The notes under the pieces were generated by a model that did not search any database, was not told the DNA's origin, and saw nothing but the letters and a program-made list of their open reading frames with translations. 64,000 bases of DNA, from positions 157,879 through 221,878 of IMG/VR virus record IMGVR_UViG_3300008954_003475; one strand, written 5' to 3'. Of this stretch, positions 10,027 through 20,176 are shown one piece after another (position 1 is the first letter of the stretch; each line of letters begins with the position of its first letter). Made by a program: the position numbers and the translations under genes.

Positions 10027-10349
10027 ATGTAATCCTCTTTTAAAATTAACATAATATACAAGCCGCATCTTTTATGCATTCGCAAAAAGGCCTGTATTTT
10101 ATGTAGCATATCTTCGTCAATAATACTAAATTGTTTATATAAAAAGTTAATTATATTAACACACTTGTTATAGTCATAGCAGGGTGAATCGAATAATCCA
10201 CAAGCATTCTCTAAGAATCCAAAGATCTTATCCTTGTATGCCTTTTCTATCTTTGACAAATCAACCAAAGCATTTGAGGTTGACTCGCAATATATAAAGT
10301 TATCAGGATCTGTATATCCATTACAACCCAAGATTAAATAGGCATTCAA
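10014..10349 (-). CDS. Hypothetical protein
   Basis: 111-aa ORF tiling between neighbours. Confidence 0.6.
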   Translation of the reverse strand: MNAYLILGCNGYTDPDNFIYCESTSNALVDLSKIEKAYKDKIFGFLENACGLFDSPCYDYNKCVNIINFLYKQFSIIDEDMLHKIQAFLRMHKRCGLYIMLILKEDYICQT

Positions 10350-10390
10350 AATTAGACTCCGGCATTCTGTGCTATTTATATTTTACTGCT

Positions 10391-12637
10391 TTACGCCCAA
10401 ATCCACTGCAGCCTTGCCCCTACAAAATAAAGATGACTTGTATTGAAAAGCCCCGCTGATGTAGTGTCATCTATTTGGTCTACCCAGAGTCTAAATTGAA
10501 ATAATCCACAATTTGAACCATCTACCTCTATTTCTTTTGAGGAAAAATCACTAATAGCATGGTACCACCCCATAGAAGAAAATGCTGATGTATAATCATG
10601 TAGGTTTTCTCTTACAATTCCTGATGACGGATGATTGTTGGTCCACACAGTGCCTGTAACAAGCTCTCCATTTGCAAATTCATGCATAGAATCATTTGAG
10701 GTTGGTGCATTATGATATAGTTTTACTCTAAACACTGGCTCAACCACCTGTGCTGATAAATCCATAACAAAATAAGCAGTTATCCTACAATTCAATGGGG
10801 CAGATGCTGAAAATCCAGCCACACTGTCTGGGCCAGGTGTGGTCGCATGAGCGCCGGTCATCACCCCTGATGCTGTTAGTGCTTGACTCAGAGGTATTGG
10901 AACTGTAGTATAATATTTGTTTGCGCCACCATTGTTGTCCCTCAAGGCTCTCATCCCAGTCTCTCTGCTGCCATCATTTACGATAATCGTTTCAGCAAAC
11001 TTTCCATAAATATCTTTGGACGGAACCCAAGACTCAGCCCCAACCCATTGGGTTGCCATGTGCGAACCACCACCGCCAGACCCTGTTGCTGTAATGGTGA
11101 TTGTATCAGCACCAACAGAGGCCGAGTCAGAAGAGACTAGATCTATACCACTTCCTGCTACCAGAGTCAATGTGTCTGACGAAGAAACGGGAGAAACAGG
11201 AGATCCGCTGTGAGTGCCTCCGCTTGAATCAACTCCGATTGAACTATATAAATTCTGATCTACATTTGGAGAAGCATTTGTAATGGTTAAAGTATCTCCA
11301 GAAATCGCAGTGCTTATGCTAGAACCGTCTCCAGCAATAGTTAAGTTATCTGTGGTTGAATTGGCAGTGGCAGTGCTTGCATCATCCGCAGTAAATGTTG
11401 CCCACAAGTCTTGATCCGATCCAATAGAGGAATCAATATACACATCGCCTGTAGACGAATCCCATACCATAACATCGCCAGTACTCGCTGTTAAAGTATT
11501 TATTCTAATCGGAGGATTGCTTGTGTCTTGTACATGCAAAGCTCTTCCTGGAGAGGTCCCTATGCCAACCTTTCCATCCCCCAATATCTTAAGGATATTT
11601 GCTCCGGTCCCACTGCCATCATTATCTCCATACCAAACATTGAAAACTGCATTTTCAGGACTTCCATCTGCACTAGATAATCCGTATATCGTCCAGTCAT
11701 AACTACCCCCTGTTGGGCCAGCTGTGCCTTCCGTATTTGTAAAAGAGATTCTCCCACCCCATTGGCTTTCTTCATGAATTAGAATTGAGGGATTTGTACC
11801 AGAGTTAGTCGCACCAACTGTAAGAAAGCCCTGAGGATCTTCTTCGCCTATGCCAACCTTACCACTTTGCAAAACAGTCATAAGAAGAGTTCCGGAGTCT
11901 TGACCGCCGCTGCCATCCTGCGGGGTTACGCCCATGTTCGCACCTGTCGGACCTACAATGTCAAAGCTCTTGGACAAAGTGGAGTAGTCATTGCCATTGT
12001 TATCAATAACAACACGGACACTTCCGAAGCTTTCAAGACTCAAGGTGTCAACGCTAGAGTGTAAGTTTCCAAGCCTTGCATAAGTAGAATCAGATACATC
12101 TATATAAACCTTGGAATTATCGGCCACTATAACTCTTCCTGAGTCATATTCATACACGAATCCCGAATCGCCCCCAAAGGCTCCATCTTCATTGTATTGA
12201 ACATGAGTATCGGAACCGCCTGCCGCCATAGATAAATCAAGATAGAAATCCCCTGCGGCATCCATATATGGTATACAAGGGTTTACACCCCCTGCGGCTA
12301 TTGCTGCATCAATCTCTGACTGACTATACCCTTGAACATTTTTGGCCTGAACAGCTGCGGTTGTACCGCCAAAGCCTCCAAGGTTGCCATGCATCAACTG
12401 GCCTCTAACATGCTTGCGTCCCGATGAAGTATCTGGAGATAAACTGACCCTTGCAGCATGTCCGTCGATGTGTTGACCATCATGAACATGGCCTCCTAAG
12501 GAGGGGTGAAACTCATCATCCTCAGGGGCTACAACTCCGGCATACTCTCCTCCATAAAGGGAGTTTGCAAACTCTGCAGTTACAACGGTAACTGCCGTTG
12601 TATGCTTAGTTAATTTTGCATCACTATCTACTGACAT
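10391..12637 (-). CDS. Putative tail fibre / virion structural protein
   Basis: GKVGIG repeats, QDLWATFTAD..DNLTIAG and QNLYSSIG..DTLTLVAG fibre-shaft motifs, G/S/T-rich; N-terminus paralogous to the next gene. Confidence 0.7.
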   Translation of the reverse strand: MSVDSDAKLTKHTTAVTVVTAEFANSLYGGEYAGVVAPEDDEFHPSLGGHVHDGQHIDGHAARVSLSPDTSSGRKHVRGQLMHGNLGGFGGTTAAVQAKNVQGYSQSEIDAAIAAGGVNPCIPYMDAAGDFYLDLSMAAGGSDTHVQYNEDGAFGGDSGFVYEYDSGRVIVADNSKVYIDVSDSTYARLGNLHSSVDTLSLESFGSVRVVIDNNGNDYSTLSKSFDIVGPTGANMGVTPQDGSGGQDSGTLLMTVLQSGKVGIGEEDPQGFLTVGATNSGTNPSILIHEESQWGGRISFTNTEGTAGPTGGSYDWTIYGLSSADGSPENAVFNVWYGDNDGSGTGANILKILGDGKVGIGTSPGRALHVQDTSNPPIRINTLTASTGDVMVWDSSTGDVYIDSSIGSDQDLWATFTADDASTATANSTTDNLTIAGDGSSISTAISGDTLTITNASPNVDQNLYSSIGVDSSGGTHSGSPVSPVSSSDTLTLVAGSGIDLVSSDSASVGADTITITATGSGGGGSHMATQWVGAESWVPSKDIYGKFAETIIVNDGSRETGMRALRDNNGGANKYYTTVPIPLSQALTASGVMTGAHATTPGPDSVAGFSASAPLNCRITAYFVMDLSAQVVEPVFRVKLYHNAPTSNDSMHEFANGELVTGTVWTNNHPSSGIVRENLHDYTSAFSSMGWYHAISDFSSKEIEVDGSNCGLFQFRLWVDQIDDTTSAGLFNTSHLYFVGARLQWIWA

Positions 12638-12655
12638 TAGAATCCTCTATAGTAT

Positions 12656-15600
12656 TTATGGAAGTGTATCAAAATTGCCATCCCAATATAGTCCATTTTC
12701 AATAAGCTCTACGTTTATAACTGCAGATGATAAATTTGGTCGAGCCCCATCAGGCTTAGGAGAGTAGACTCCAGCGTTGTAATTTTCTCTTATAATAAAT
12801 TTCACAGTAGGATAATCAGGAAAAGAAGAAGCAGAAGACGATGTCCACGGCGGGGAAGCACTTTCGTCAGTTGGTCCATGAGTTATGATGAAACTGAAAT
12901 CATGCGATGTTCCTATTGCGTCTGGATCTGTCCCGCCCATAGTAACCGGATACCCTCCGGCACCTGTAGGATAATAAAAAAATGTAAAATGAGCGACTTC
13001 AACACCGCCACCTTCGCTGGCAAGTCGTGGCAAAAATACCCCTTTTGCGCCAAACATTGTAGCATTCTGCATCCCCCCGCCGCTCTTCCACGCTTTGCAG
13101 TGTAGTAATCCTTTTACTTCAAACATATAGGCATGGCCCGTCTTTAACTGAAGGCGGGTACCTGCCCCATCTGCTGTAAGCTCATAAAACGGCAAACCAT
13201 TAGAGTCTAAATGCGGACCAAAACTAGAAACAGTTCCTAGGTTTGGAACCGTAGCTGGCGCATCTACCGTATAAGACCAGTGACCTCTGGCTACAAAATT
13301 GCTTCGTTGTGCAGACCCAGCACCGCAGTTCATAAGAGGCGCACCTCCCATGGTGGTTACAGCTCCAGTGGCCGGCTCTCCCGCTGCTGCTGCAGCCTCT
13401 ATATCAAAGGGCATCCCGCTTTGAGCGGCCATACCAAAGTGATGAGCCCTTGCCCCTGCTCCATATGCTATTGCATGCTTGGTTGAATTAGCTGGCGTAT
13501 CAAGCGATAATGATATTGTATTTCCTTCTCCATTAAGTATAGAGCAATTATGATTGTTAGCCGTTATTGTATTTTTATATCCACATAAAACAGAATTAAA
13601 GTTTGTGCCTTGCGCTATGACATTTGATGCGCCACCCCCAATGAAGGCATGATTACTATTTGCAATGACATTGAGTTCTCCACCGACAATCGAGTTTTTG
13701 GTAGATGCCTCATCTATATAATTTCCTGCACCACCTCCTACAAAGCACATCTTGGCTCCATTGTTAATATAATTTCCTGCACCACCTCCTACAAAAGACT
13801 GGTCTGCATCGGACAGGTAGTTTCCATCCCCACCAACTATAACTCCATCTTGGGATTTATTTATATAATTATTTTTACCAGCACCTATAAAAGAAAACGG
13901 CGCAGAGTCTCCCGTCTCTCCTATCTCATTGCTTTGGCCAGCACCTACAAAAGAGTGAGTGCTGGCTTTTATTTTGTTTTCTTGTCCTGAACATATAGCA
14001 GCATATCCGGAAGGAGTAGCTCCATTGCTGATTACATTTAAACTGCCACCAGCTATTACTGAAAAACTGCCTTTGGTTATTGAACAATCTGATCCACCAA
14101 CTATGCTTGCACTGGCAGACATAGAAATGGCCGAGTTTAACCCTGCCCCTATAAAGGCTGAAGAAGATTGGTTTGAATTTGTCCCACTGATTCCACAATT
14201 ATTTCCTCCAGAAATAGCTGCACGAGAAGAGTATGCTCCTACAGAATTAGACTCACCACCCGAAACTGTAGAGTGTTGCGAGCTTATAGAGTTATCCTGA
14301 CCCCCTCCAATCGCGGAGTGTTGCGAGCTTATAGAGTTACTCTGACCACCAGCTATTGTTGAATAAGTAGATGCAGACTCTATGTAGCATGAGCTACCGC
14401 CGCCTATAACAGAGTGAGTAGATGCTCCATAAATACTGTTAGTCTGACCGCCGCCTATAACAGAGTGAGGAGATGCTCCATAAATATTATTTTGTTGACC
14501 GCCGGTTACAGAAGAATGAGGAGATACTTCGTGTACGTTATTGCTCTGACCTCCAGTTACAGAAGAATGAGTAGATGTTCCATAGACATTATTTCCCTGG
14601 CCTCCACCTACAACAGAATAAGGAGATGTTCCATAGACGTTATTATTCCGACCCCCACTTACGGTCGAATAAGAAGATGCTTGATTTAAGCCATCTACTC
14701 CAATATCGTTTTGATACCCGCCGGCGACTACTGAATATTCAGAACCATCTAAAATCTTATTTTCATACCCGCCACCTATGTTTGAATAATCTGGCTTAGC
14801 CCCTACTGAGTCATCAATTATATTTGACTGCCCACCACCAATAGATGCGTGGGCAGCATTAGCTTGGTTTCCTTGCCCGCCGAGAACCGCCGCCCAATCG
14901 GAATCTGAGTCATTGCTATCTCCTCCGGCTGTTGCAGAACAATACCCATCAGCAGTGTTGTAACTGCCTCCGCCTATGGCTCCAAAATCCCCACCTGAAG
15001 AATTGCCTTGACCACCGCCTATAGCCGAATGTGTTACATTTACAGTATTGCCTTGACCACCGCTAACCGTTGAATAGTTTCCAAGCGCATTATTACCACT
15101 GCCTCCGCCGACAGTTGAAGAAAGTTTGGATGCAGTATTGCTGCCGCCTCCGCCTACAGTTGAAGAAGCTTCGGACGCAGTATTTCCTGTACCTCCGCCT
15201 ACAGTTGAAGAAGCTTCGGACGCAGTATTTCCTGTACCTCCGCCTACAGTTGAAGAATTGCCGCTAGCAGTATTGGCACTTCCGCCACTTACAACAGAAT
15301 GGCTTCCGGAAGCTGTATTGTTCTGACCAAAGGCCGCAGAATAACTACCTCTGTTTGAATTAGTATCAGTACCATCCCATTGTAGCCCGCTAGCAGAGCC
15401 TGCTCTAAATGCAGCAGTAGATTTGTCGAATATGATTCTGTTATTGCCCTCAGTTCCGCCGCCCGCATGCATAGACTCAAGCGATTCAGATCCAAATACA
15501 AAATCATATCCATCGTCTGCATCCCATAAGCCGTCCGAACCTTCTACGCGCTGCCTTATAAGCATATGTTCGCCTTCGGTAGTATGCGGAGTATGAGCGC

Positions 15601-16033
15601 TCGATGGGCTTTCTATCTCGTGAAACGTAAAGTCTTCACGCACAATTCTCAGATCTAGATAATAATACTTAAGACTATCTGTGTCACTTATTATGTATTC
15701 AGGGATTGCATCATCAGGAGCCTCTCCGGTGGACGACTCAGCCCATCTTTCTACGTTGTTCTTATAGACAGCAGCAGCAGAAGAATCGCGAGAGCCCAAG
15801 TTGGCATGCTGCAACTGATCTTCTACATGATCTTGCAAATGAATCTTTTGAAGGTGACCATCAGCATGATCTCCATCGTGTACGTGTCCGCGCACACGTG
15901 GATCATTCGGATCTAATGATGCGGCCTCTCCCGAACCATATAGACCTCCAAAGATTGAATTTGCAAAATCAGATGTAACTACAGTAACTGTAGATTCAAA
16001 CTTTGTAAGTGTTGCATCACTATCTACTGACAT
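12656..16033 (-). CDS. Putative tail fibre / adhesin with long Gly-rich beta-roll repeats
   Basis: Many S-x-[VI]-x-GG-x-x-N repeats of 15-17 aa; FDKSTAAFRAG..QWD motif; YGAGARAHHFG; shared N-terminus with 10391-12637. Confidence 0.75.
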   Translation of the reverse strand: MSVDSDATLTKFESTVTVVTSDFANSIFGGLYGSGEAASLDPNDPRVRGHVHDGDHADGHLQKIHLQDHVEDQLQHANLGSRDSSAAAVYKNNVERWAESSTGEAPDDAIPEYIISDTDSLKYYYLDLRIVREDFTFHEIESPSSAHTPHTTEGEHMLIRQRVEGSDGLWDADDGYDFVFGSESLESMHAGGGTEGNNRIIFDKSTAAFRAGSASGLQWDGTDTNSNRGSYSAAFGQNNTASGSHSVVSGGSANTASGNSSTVGGGTGNTASEASSTVGGGTGNTASEASSTVGGGGSNTASKLSSTVGGGSGNNALGNYSTVSGGQGNTVNVTHSAIGGGQGNSSGGDFGAIGGGSYNTADGYCSATAGGDSNDSDSDWAAVLGGQGNQANAAHASIGGGQSNIIDDSVGAKPDYSNIGGGYENKILDGSEYSVVAGGYQNDIGVDGLNQASSYSTVSGGRNNNVYGTSPYSVVGGGQGNNVYGTSTHSSVTGGQSNNVHEVSPHSSVTGGQQNNIYGASPHSVIGGGQTNSIYGASTHSVIGGGSSCYIESASTYSTIAGGQSNSISSQHSAIGGGQDNSISSQHSTVSGGESNSVGAYSSRAAISGGNNCGISGTNSNQSSSAFIGAGLNSAISMSASASIVGGSDCSITKGSFSVIAGGSLNVISNGATPSGYAAICSGQENKIKASTHSFVGAGQSNEIGETGDSAPFSFIGAGKNNYINKSQDGVIVGGDGNYLSDADQSFVGGGAGNYINNGAKMCFVGGGAGNYIDEASTKNSIVGGELNVIANSNHAFIGGGASNVIAQGTNFNSVLCGYKNTITANNHNCSILNGEGNTISLSLDTPANSTKHAIAYGAGARAHHFGMAAQSGMPFDIEAAAAAGEPATGAVTTMGGAPLMNCGAGSAQRSNFVARGHWSYTVDAPATVPNLGTVSSFGPHLDSNGLPFYELTADGAGTRLQLKTGHAYMFEVKGLLHCKAWKSGGGMQNATMFGAKGVFLPRLASEGGGVEVAHFTFFYYPTGAGGYPVTMGGTDPDAIGTSHDFSFIITHGPTDESASPPWTSSSASSFPDYPTVKFIIRENYNAGVYSPKPDGARPNLSSAVINVELIENGLYWDGNFDTLP
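15147..15256. repeat. Exact 45-bp tandem repeat (about 2.4 copies) encoding STVGGGTGNTASEAS
   Basis: CCTCCGCCTACAGTTGAAGAA starts at 15147, 15192 and 15237. Confidence 0.9.
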
Positions 16034-16042
16034 TCCAATCCC

Positions 16043-16327
16043 TTAGTCTAACTTTTTAAAATGCTTTTTGATTTTATCACTAACCTTAAATTTTACAGAC
16101 TTATAAGGTTTTAATACCATCTCCTCTTGTGTCTTTGGGTTTCTAACAGGACGCGAAGCGTGTGTGTACAAATAATACTTTCCAAACCCTACGATAGAAA
16201 CTTCGCCATCTTCTTCTAATGATTCAATAATTGTATCAATTAATGAATCAATAACCTGCAAAGCTTCTTTCTGAGACAAGAGAGTTTTTGCCGCGACCTT
16301 TTTTGCTAAATCTTTTTTATTTACCAT
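16043..16327 (-). CDS. hup: HU/IHF-family DNA-binding protein
   Basis: MVNKKDLAKKVA, EVSIVGFGKY, RPVRNPKTQEEM, VKFKVSDKIK. Confidence 0.92.
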   Translation of the reverse strand: MVNKKDLAKKVAAKTLLSQKEALQVIDSLIDTIIESLEEDGEVSIVGFGKYYLYTHASRPVRNPKTQEEMVLKPYKSVKFKVSDKIKKHFKKLD

Positions 16328-16396
16328 ACTTATAACCCTTTTAAGCACAAGTGTGCATGCGTATATAACGATACAATCTCAAATATTAATAGTACA

Positions 16397-16609
16397 TTAT
16401 ATCATATCATCTTCGTCAAAAGATCCTGCATGCTTCTTTGATTGCTCGTAATCAGCCTCCAGGTCTTCTCTTTTGTCAAAATAGTACCTATAGACTCTTG
16501 CTAAGTCAGACTCGTCCATTCCTGTCGGATCAATGCCGTAATTTTCATACATCTCATCAACTTTTTTTTTAATCTTTTCTACTTCTGTTAATGACACCGA
16601 TCTCTCCAC
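16397..16609 (-). CDS. Small acidic hypothetical protein
   Basis: 70-aa ORF, GTG start with AGAAG/GAG upstream. Confidence 0.6.
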   Translation of the reverse strand: MERSVSLTEVEKIKKKVDEMYENYGIDPTGMDESDLARVYRYYFDKREDLEADYEQSKKHAGSFDEDDMI

Positions 16610-16618
16610 CTTCTACTC

Positions 16619-16999
16619 TCAAGAATTATCTGCCTTTTTAACTATATGTCTACATATATCAATCATGTCTTCTTTTGACATTTTTAGCTTTAATGCATTC
16701 ACACAGTATGCGCACCATACAACATTTCCTTTTACATAACCTAATTTTGGATTTACACAATCTAAAGACATCTTAAACGGATCATGCGTTCTATCTTTAT
16801 TTTCTTTTACAATATTTAACTTTATATCAGAATAAAAACATCTTCCGTTTTGTACTTCAAATAAATCCATTATATACTCTTTTGTTATATCAAAAGATAT
16901 ATCTTTCTTTTTAGCCCTATTACGAGCGTTTTGAACAGCTCTTCCAAACATAATGCTTGGATAGTCTAAACATTTTTGCCGCCAAACACCAACGCTCAT
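16619..16999 (-). CDS. Putative HNH-like (beta-beta-alpha-Me) endonuclease
   Basis: ISFDIT..GRCFYS..SLDCVNPKLGYVKGNVVWCAYCVNALK. Confidence 0.6.
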   Translation of the reverse strand: MSVGVWRQKCLDYPSIMFGRAVQNARNRAKKKDISFDITKEYIMDLFEVQNGRCFYSDIKLNIVKENKDRTHDPFKMSLDCVNPKLGYVKGNVVWCAYCVNALKLKMSKEDMIDICRHIVKKADNS

Positions 17000-17250
17000 T
17001 CTTCCCCCAGGGGTTTGTTAAACACATTAACCATTATCTTTTCGCCATTCTTTGCGGCAGCTGCCTTAGCAACCGTCCTAATAGCATTGGCTATGCGCCC
17101 TTGTTTTCCAATAACTTTTCCAACATCATCTTTGCCGACCTTAACCTCAAAGAGCCGACCCTTGTCTGACTCTGCCTCTGTAACACTTACGGTATCTACA
17201 TCATCTACGATGCTTGTAACCATAGTCTTTATTAATGCTTCAATACTCAT
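16996..17250 (-). CDS. khpA: KH-domain RNA-binding protein KhpA (UPF0109)
   Basis: DDVGKVIGKQGRIANAIRTV with GxxG loop; 84-aa single KH domain. Confidence 0.9.
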   Translation of the reverse strand: MSIEALIKTMVTSIVDDVDTVSVTEAESDKGRLFEVKVGKDDVGKVIGKQGRIANAIRTVAKAAAAKNGEKIMVNVFNKPLGEE

Positions 17251-17251
17251 T

Positions 17252-17773
17252 TTATCTCTCCTCTATTTCAATAGAATGTAATAATCCTTCTTCTTTTCTT
17301 GGAATCAAGATCTCAAGAAGCCCATTTTCCATGGAAGCATCAGCTTTTGATAAGTCAAATGCAGGATTTATAAAATATTTTGTTTTAAAATTCCTTCTAG
17401 CAATACCACGAACTATTATACCATGTTGAACTCCAATCTTTGGAGACTTAGCTGGATATTCATCTTCATCATCTTTTGTAATAAGACCAGAAGGCTCTGT
17501 AGTATCTACTTTAGATCCCAACCCATTTATATGAAGTTCATTGTTTTTAATGGCAACCTCAACATCATTCGGAGAATATCCGGCTAAAGCAAAAGCCATA
17601 TGAAAACCTTTATCATCACACCACTGGTCACACCTTGGAAACTTTCCGGCAGATGAAACCTTTTTGTGAGAGGATATATCTCTAAAGAATTCATCATCTG
17701 ACCATAAAAGGTCTAAAAGCCTGCCCGGTATAGATACTCTATTCAGTGTTTCTTTCATCATCTTTCTCTCCAT
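17252..17773 (-). CDS. Small heat-shock protein Hsp20 (IbpA-like)
   Basis: FALAGYSPNDVEV, RGIARRNF, ADASMENGLLEILIP alpha-crystallin motifs. Confidence 0.88.
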   Translation of the reverse strand: MERKMMKETLNRVSIPGRLLDLLWSDDEFFRDISSHKKVSSAGKFPRCDQWCDDKGFHMAFALAGYSPNDVEVAIKNNELHINGLGSKVDTTEPSGLITKDDEDEYPAKSPKIGVQHGIIVRGIARRNFKTKYFINPAFDLSKADASMENGLLEILIPRKEEGLLHSIEIEER

Positions 17774-18071
17774 CTTCTAACATAGTGTCAAAGTAAAAAC
17801 CAATTGCAAAAACCGCTTCTACAATATTTGATATTGACCAACTAAACAAACTTGAAATCGAAGCTCCCCATAACGGATTTATATCCGAATAGAAAGAAGC
17901 TACTAGCCCAACCCAAAATCCAAGACACATTGGGCAATTAACCATCTTTCCTAAGAAGGTTGACTTTTCAGATACAAAATCTCTAACTGGCTCAAATATA
18001 TCACTTGATGCAAGTATTGTCGTTAGACCTGCGCATCCAAATATAAAAACAATTAAATCAACTATATTCAT
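17739..18071 (-). CDS. DUF1360-like membrane protein
   Basis: IFEPVR...GKMVNCPMCLGFWVG with hydrophobic helices. Confidence 0.7.
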   Translation of the reverse strand: MNIVDLIVFIFGCAGLTTILASSDIFEPVRDFVSEKSTFLGKMVNCPMCLGFWVGLVASFYSDINPLWGASISSLFSWSISNIVEAVFAIGFYFDTMLEDGEKDDERNTE

Positions 18072-18151
18072 ATATAACTCCGACTAATTTATATATACTT
18101 AAAAAACGTATTAATATCAATTAATTTTTAAGTATACAAGCATTAAACATC

Positions 18152-18180
18152 CTTATAAATAATCTAAATATTTATGTCAA
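18152..18180 (-). promoter_or_regulatory. Sigma70-type promoter for the DUF1360-hsp20-khpA-HNH unit
   Basis: Minus strand TTGACA-N17-TATAAG in the intergenic region. Confidence 0.7.
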
Positions 18181-18223
18181 GCTTTTGCCCGGAATTTTCT
18201 CGTAAAAAGCAGAGAAACAAACA

Positions 18224-18922
18224 CTATTTAGAATTACGGTAAGCGGCCACAGAGATAGGCCATAAATCTGTGGCTATATCCAGACAAGCTTTAGCCACCT
18301 GCTGAATCTCCCACTGTGCCCCTTCATGCGTCCTAAGATCAATAAACTTCAAAAGATTATTAAGATTTGTTGTCCCATAATACTCAGTATACATATTCTG
18401 CGGAAGAACCCCTCTAGCCTGCTCTCTGCAAACGCCAGCTTCAATCAGCCTGTTATATAGCTTAATACTTATATCATTGTGCAGCCTAACAGCCTCCGAC
18501 GCGACCTGCGCTGAATATGTATCTCTCGGATAGCTAACCAACGGATTGATGAGGTCACTCTCAACACTTGCCTGCCTATTTGATTTATGCTGTGTTCTGA
18601 ATTCTTTTGGCTCATAAAATTTAATATTTATATTGGTATACCTTCTGGATATCTCATTAAATGACCAAGTTCTGTGTCTATGATGTTGGCTGCGAATAAA
18701 CAAAGGAACACGAAAACGAAAGGTAACAACATTATGTTCTAAGGTAGAAGTATGTTTGTTCTTAATCAAGTAACCAATAAGCTTCTCGTCCTTAGCGTCA
18801 AGTGTATTCTTTTGTTCTCCAAAAGAAACCCTTGCGCTGTTTACAACAGTAAGGTCGCTACCCATATAATCAACAAGCTCTACCTTGCCAATCCCATCAT
18901 TATACAGATCAATCCTCGCCAC
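18224..18922 (-). CDS. thyX: FAD-dependent thymidylate synthase ThyX
   Basis: VVNSARVSF, HTSTLEH, RSQHHRHRTWSFNEISRRY, REQARGVLP. Confidence 0.95.
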   Translation of the reverse strand: MARIDLYNDGIGKVELVDYMGSDLTVVNSARVSFGEQKNTLDAKDEKLIGYLIKNKHTSTLEHNVVTFRFRVPLFIRSQHHRHRTWSFNEISRRYTNINIKFYEPKEFRTQHKSNRQASVESDLINPLVSYPRDTYSAQVASEAVRLHNDISIKLYNRLIEAGVCREQARGVLPQNMYTEYYGTTNLNNLLKFIDLRTHEGAQWEIQQVAKACLDIATDLWPISVAAYRNSK

Positions 18923-20120
18923 GCTCTCCCCTTCCGGTACAGGTCAAGAACAACTGTCGTTGTTCATCAAACATAATATTTGCAGCCTCCGTAACGTCTT
19001 TCGCCGTTACACTTTCCAGACTCTTCATATAATCCTCTATATCTGGGAGGCCAAAAAGCTTTCGCTTAACCGCCCAATAACAAAGACTATAGCTATCTTC
19101 CATGGCAGAATAAAATGATGATCTCATTTTATTTTTGGCTCGCTGCACTTCTTCTTCCGTTGGTAATTCTATTTTAATCCTAGACAACTCGGTGTCCACA
19201 GTTTCAACTGCTTCCTGAACATTGTCTTGTCTTGTTGATAGCTCTATCAAACTTAATGCTCCATGCTGCCAATCGTTATAAGCCGTAGACACTCCATACA
19301 CTAAGCCGCGCTTCTCCCTGACCTCTGTGAACAGCCTACAGTCCATCCCTCGTCCCATAATGGTCATAAGCACCTGTATAGCCCCCTCATGTTCAGAGGC
19401 TGTGTTTGCCGCTGGCATACCCATCCATACATAAGTATGTTCTATACCATCCTTTGCAAGCTCTAAATATCTGCTTTCATCATAAGTCGTATCTTTAAAA
19501 TTATATGATCTCTTTATTTTTCCATTTGGCTTTCCAAAATATTTTCTAAGCAATTCCTTTGATTGCTTTTTATTTAAATTACTACAAAGAGAAACAACAG
19601 CATCTTTTCTTTGACAGAATTGAGAATGGAATCTTCTTACTTCATCACAAGTAAACTCTTCAATGCTTTCTTGAGTTCCAATAACAGGTATCTGAATATA
19701 ATTATCAAAGAAGTTCTTTGAAAAGTTTTGCCAAATAAACATCATTGGATCATCACCTGATGAAATCTCTTCCTCCTTAACTACTTCTTTTTCCTTTAAA
19801 AACTCTTCCTCTGGAAAGATTGGATTGAAAACCATATCAGAAAGAATTTCTATACAGGGTTCTAGATTTTCATACGGAACGGTTATGTAATATGCAACAG
19901 ATTCATGTGAAGTAAAAGCATTTGAATGACCTCCAAGAAAAGCTATCTCTCTTTGCAGTTGCACACTGTCTCTTTTCGCTGTGCCTTTAAACAAAGAATG
20001 CTCAAGCATATGGGCCATGCCTGAGCTATATCCGCCAATGGGTTCAACTCTTGAACCAGCATTGAAAGCAACCATTATCGTTGCTAATCTACTATGTGTC
20101 TTAGAGGTTACATGAATCAT
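18909..20120 (-). CDS. M16-family (pitrilysin/insulinase) zinc peptidase
   Basis: AHMLEHSLFKGT (HxxEH), NAFTSHE, LFTEVREKRGLVY; start moved to MIHVTS because a terminator lies at 20139-20173. Confidence 0.9.
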   Translation of the reverse strand: MIHVTSKTHSRLATIMVAFNAGSRVEPIGGYSSGMAHMLEHSLFKGTAKRDSVQLQREIAFLGGHSNAFTSHESVAYYITVPYENLEPCIEILSDMVFNPIFPEEEFLKEKEVVKEEEISSGDDPMMFIWQNFSKNFFDNYIQIPVIGTQESIEEFTCDEVRRFHSQFCQRKDAVVSLCSNLNKKQSKELLRKYFGKPNGKIKRSYNFKDTTYDESRYLELAKDGIEHTYVWMGMPAANTASEHEGAIQVLMTIMGRGMDCRLFTEVREKRGLVYGVSTAYNDWQHGALSLIELSTRQDNVQEAVETVDTELSRIKIELPTEEEVQRAKNKMRSSFYSAMEDSYSLCYWAVKRKLFGLPDIEDYMKSLESVTAKDVTEAANIMFDEQRQLFLTCTGRGERGED

Positions 20121-20138
20121 TAACCGCCTCCTTAAGAT

Positions 20139-20173
20139 AAAAAAAGGGTGGAGACATTGTGTCTCCACCCTTT
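20139..20173 (-). terminator. Rho-independent terminator after the VWA gene
   Basis: AAAGGGTGGAGAC-5 nt-GTCTCCACCCTTT perfect stem followed by a T-run on the minus strand. Confidence 0.85.
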
Positions 20174-20176
20174 ATA

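Noticed and set aside
12878-15978. Multiple plus-strand ORFs of 60-113 aa
   Set aside because: Shadows of the Gly/Ser repeat fibre gene; no RBS, and they overlap a long minus-strand CDS
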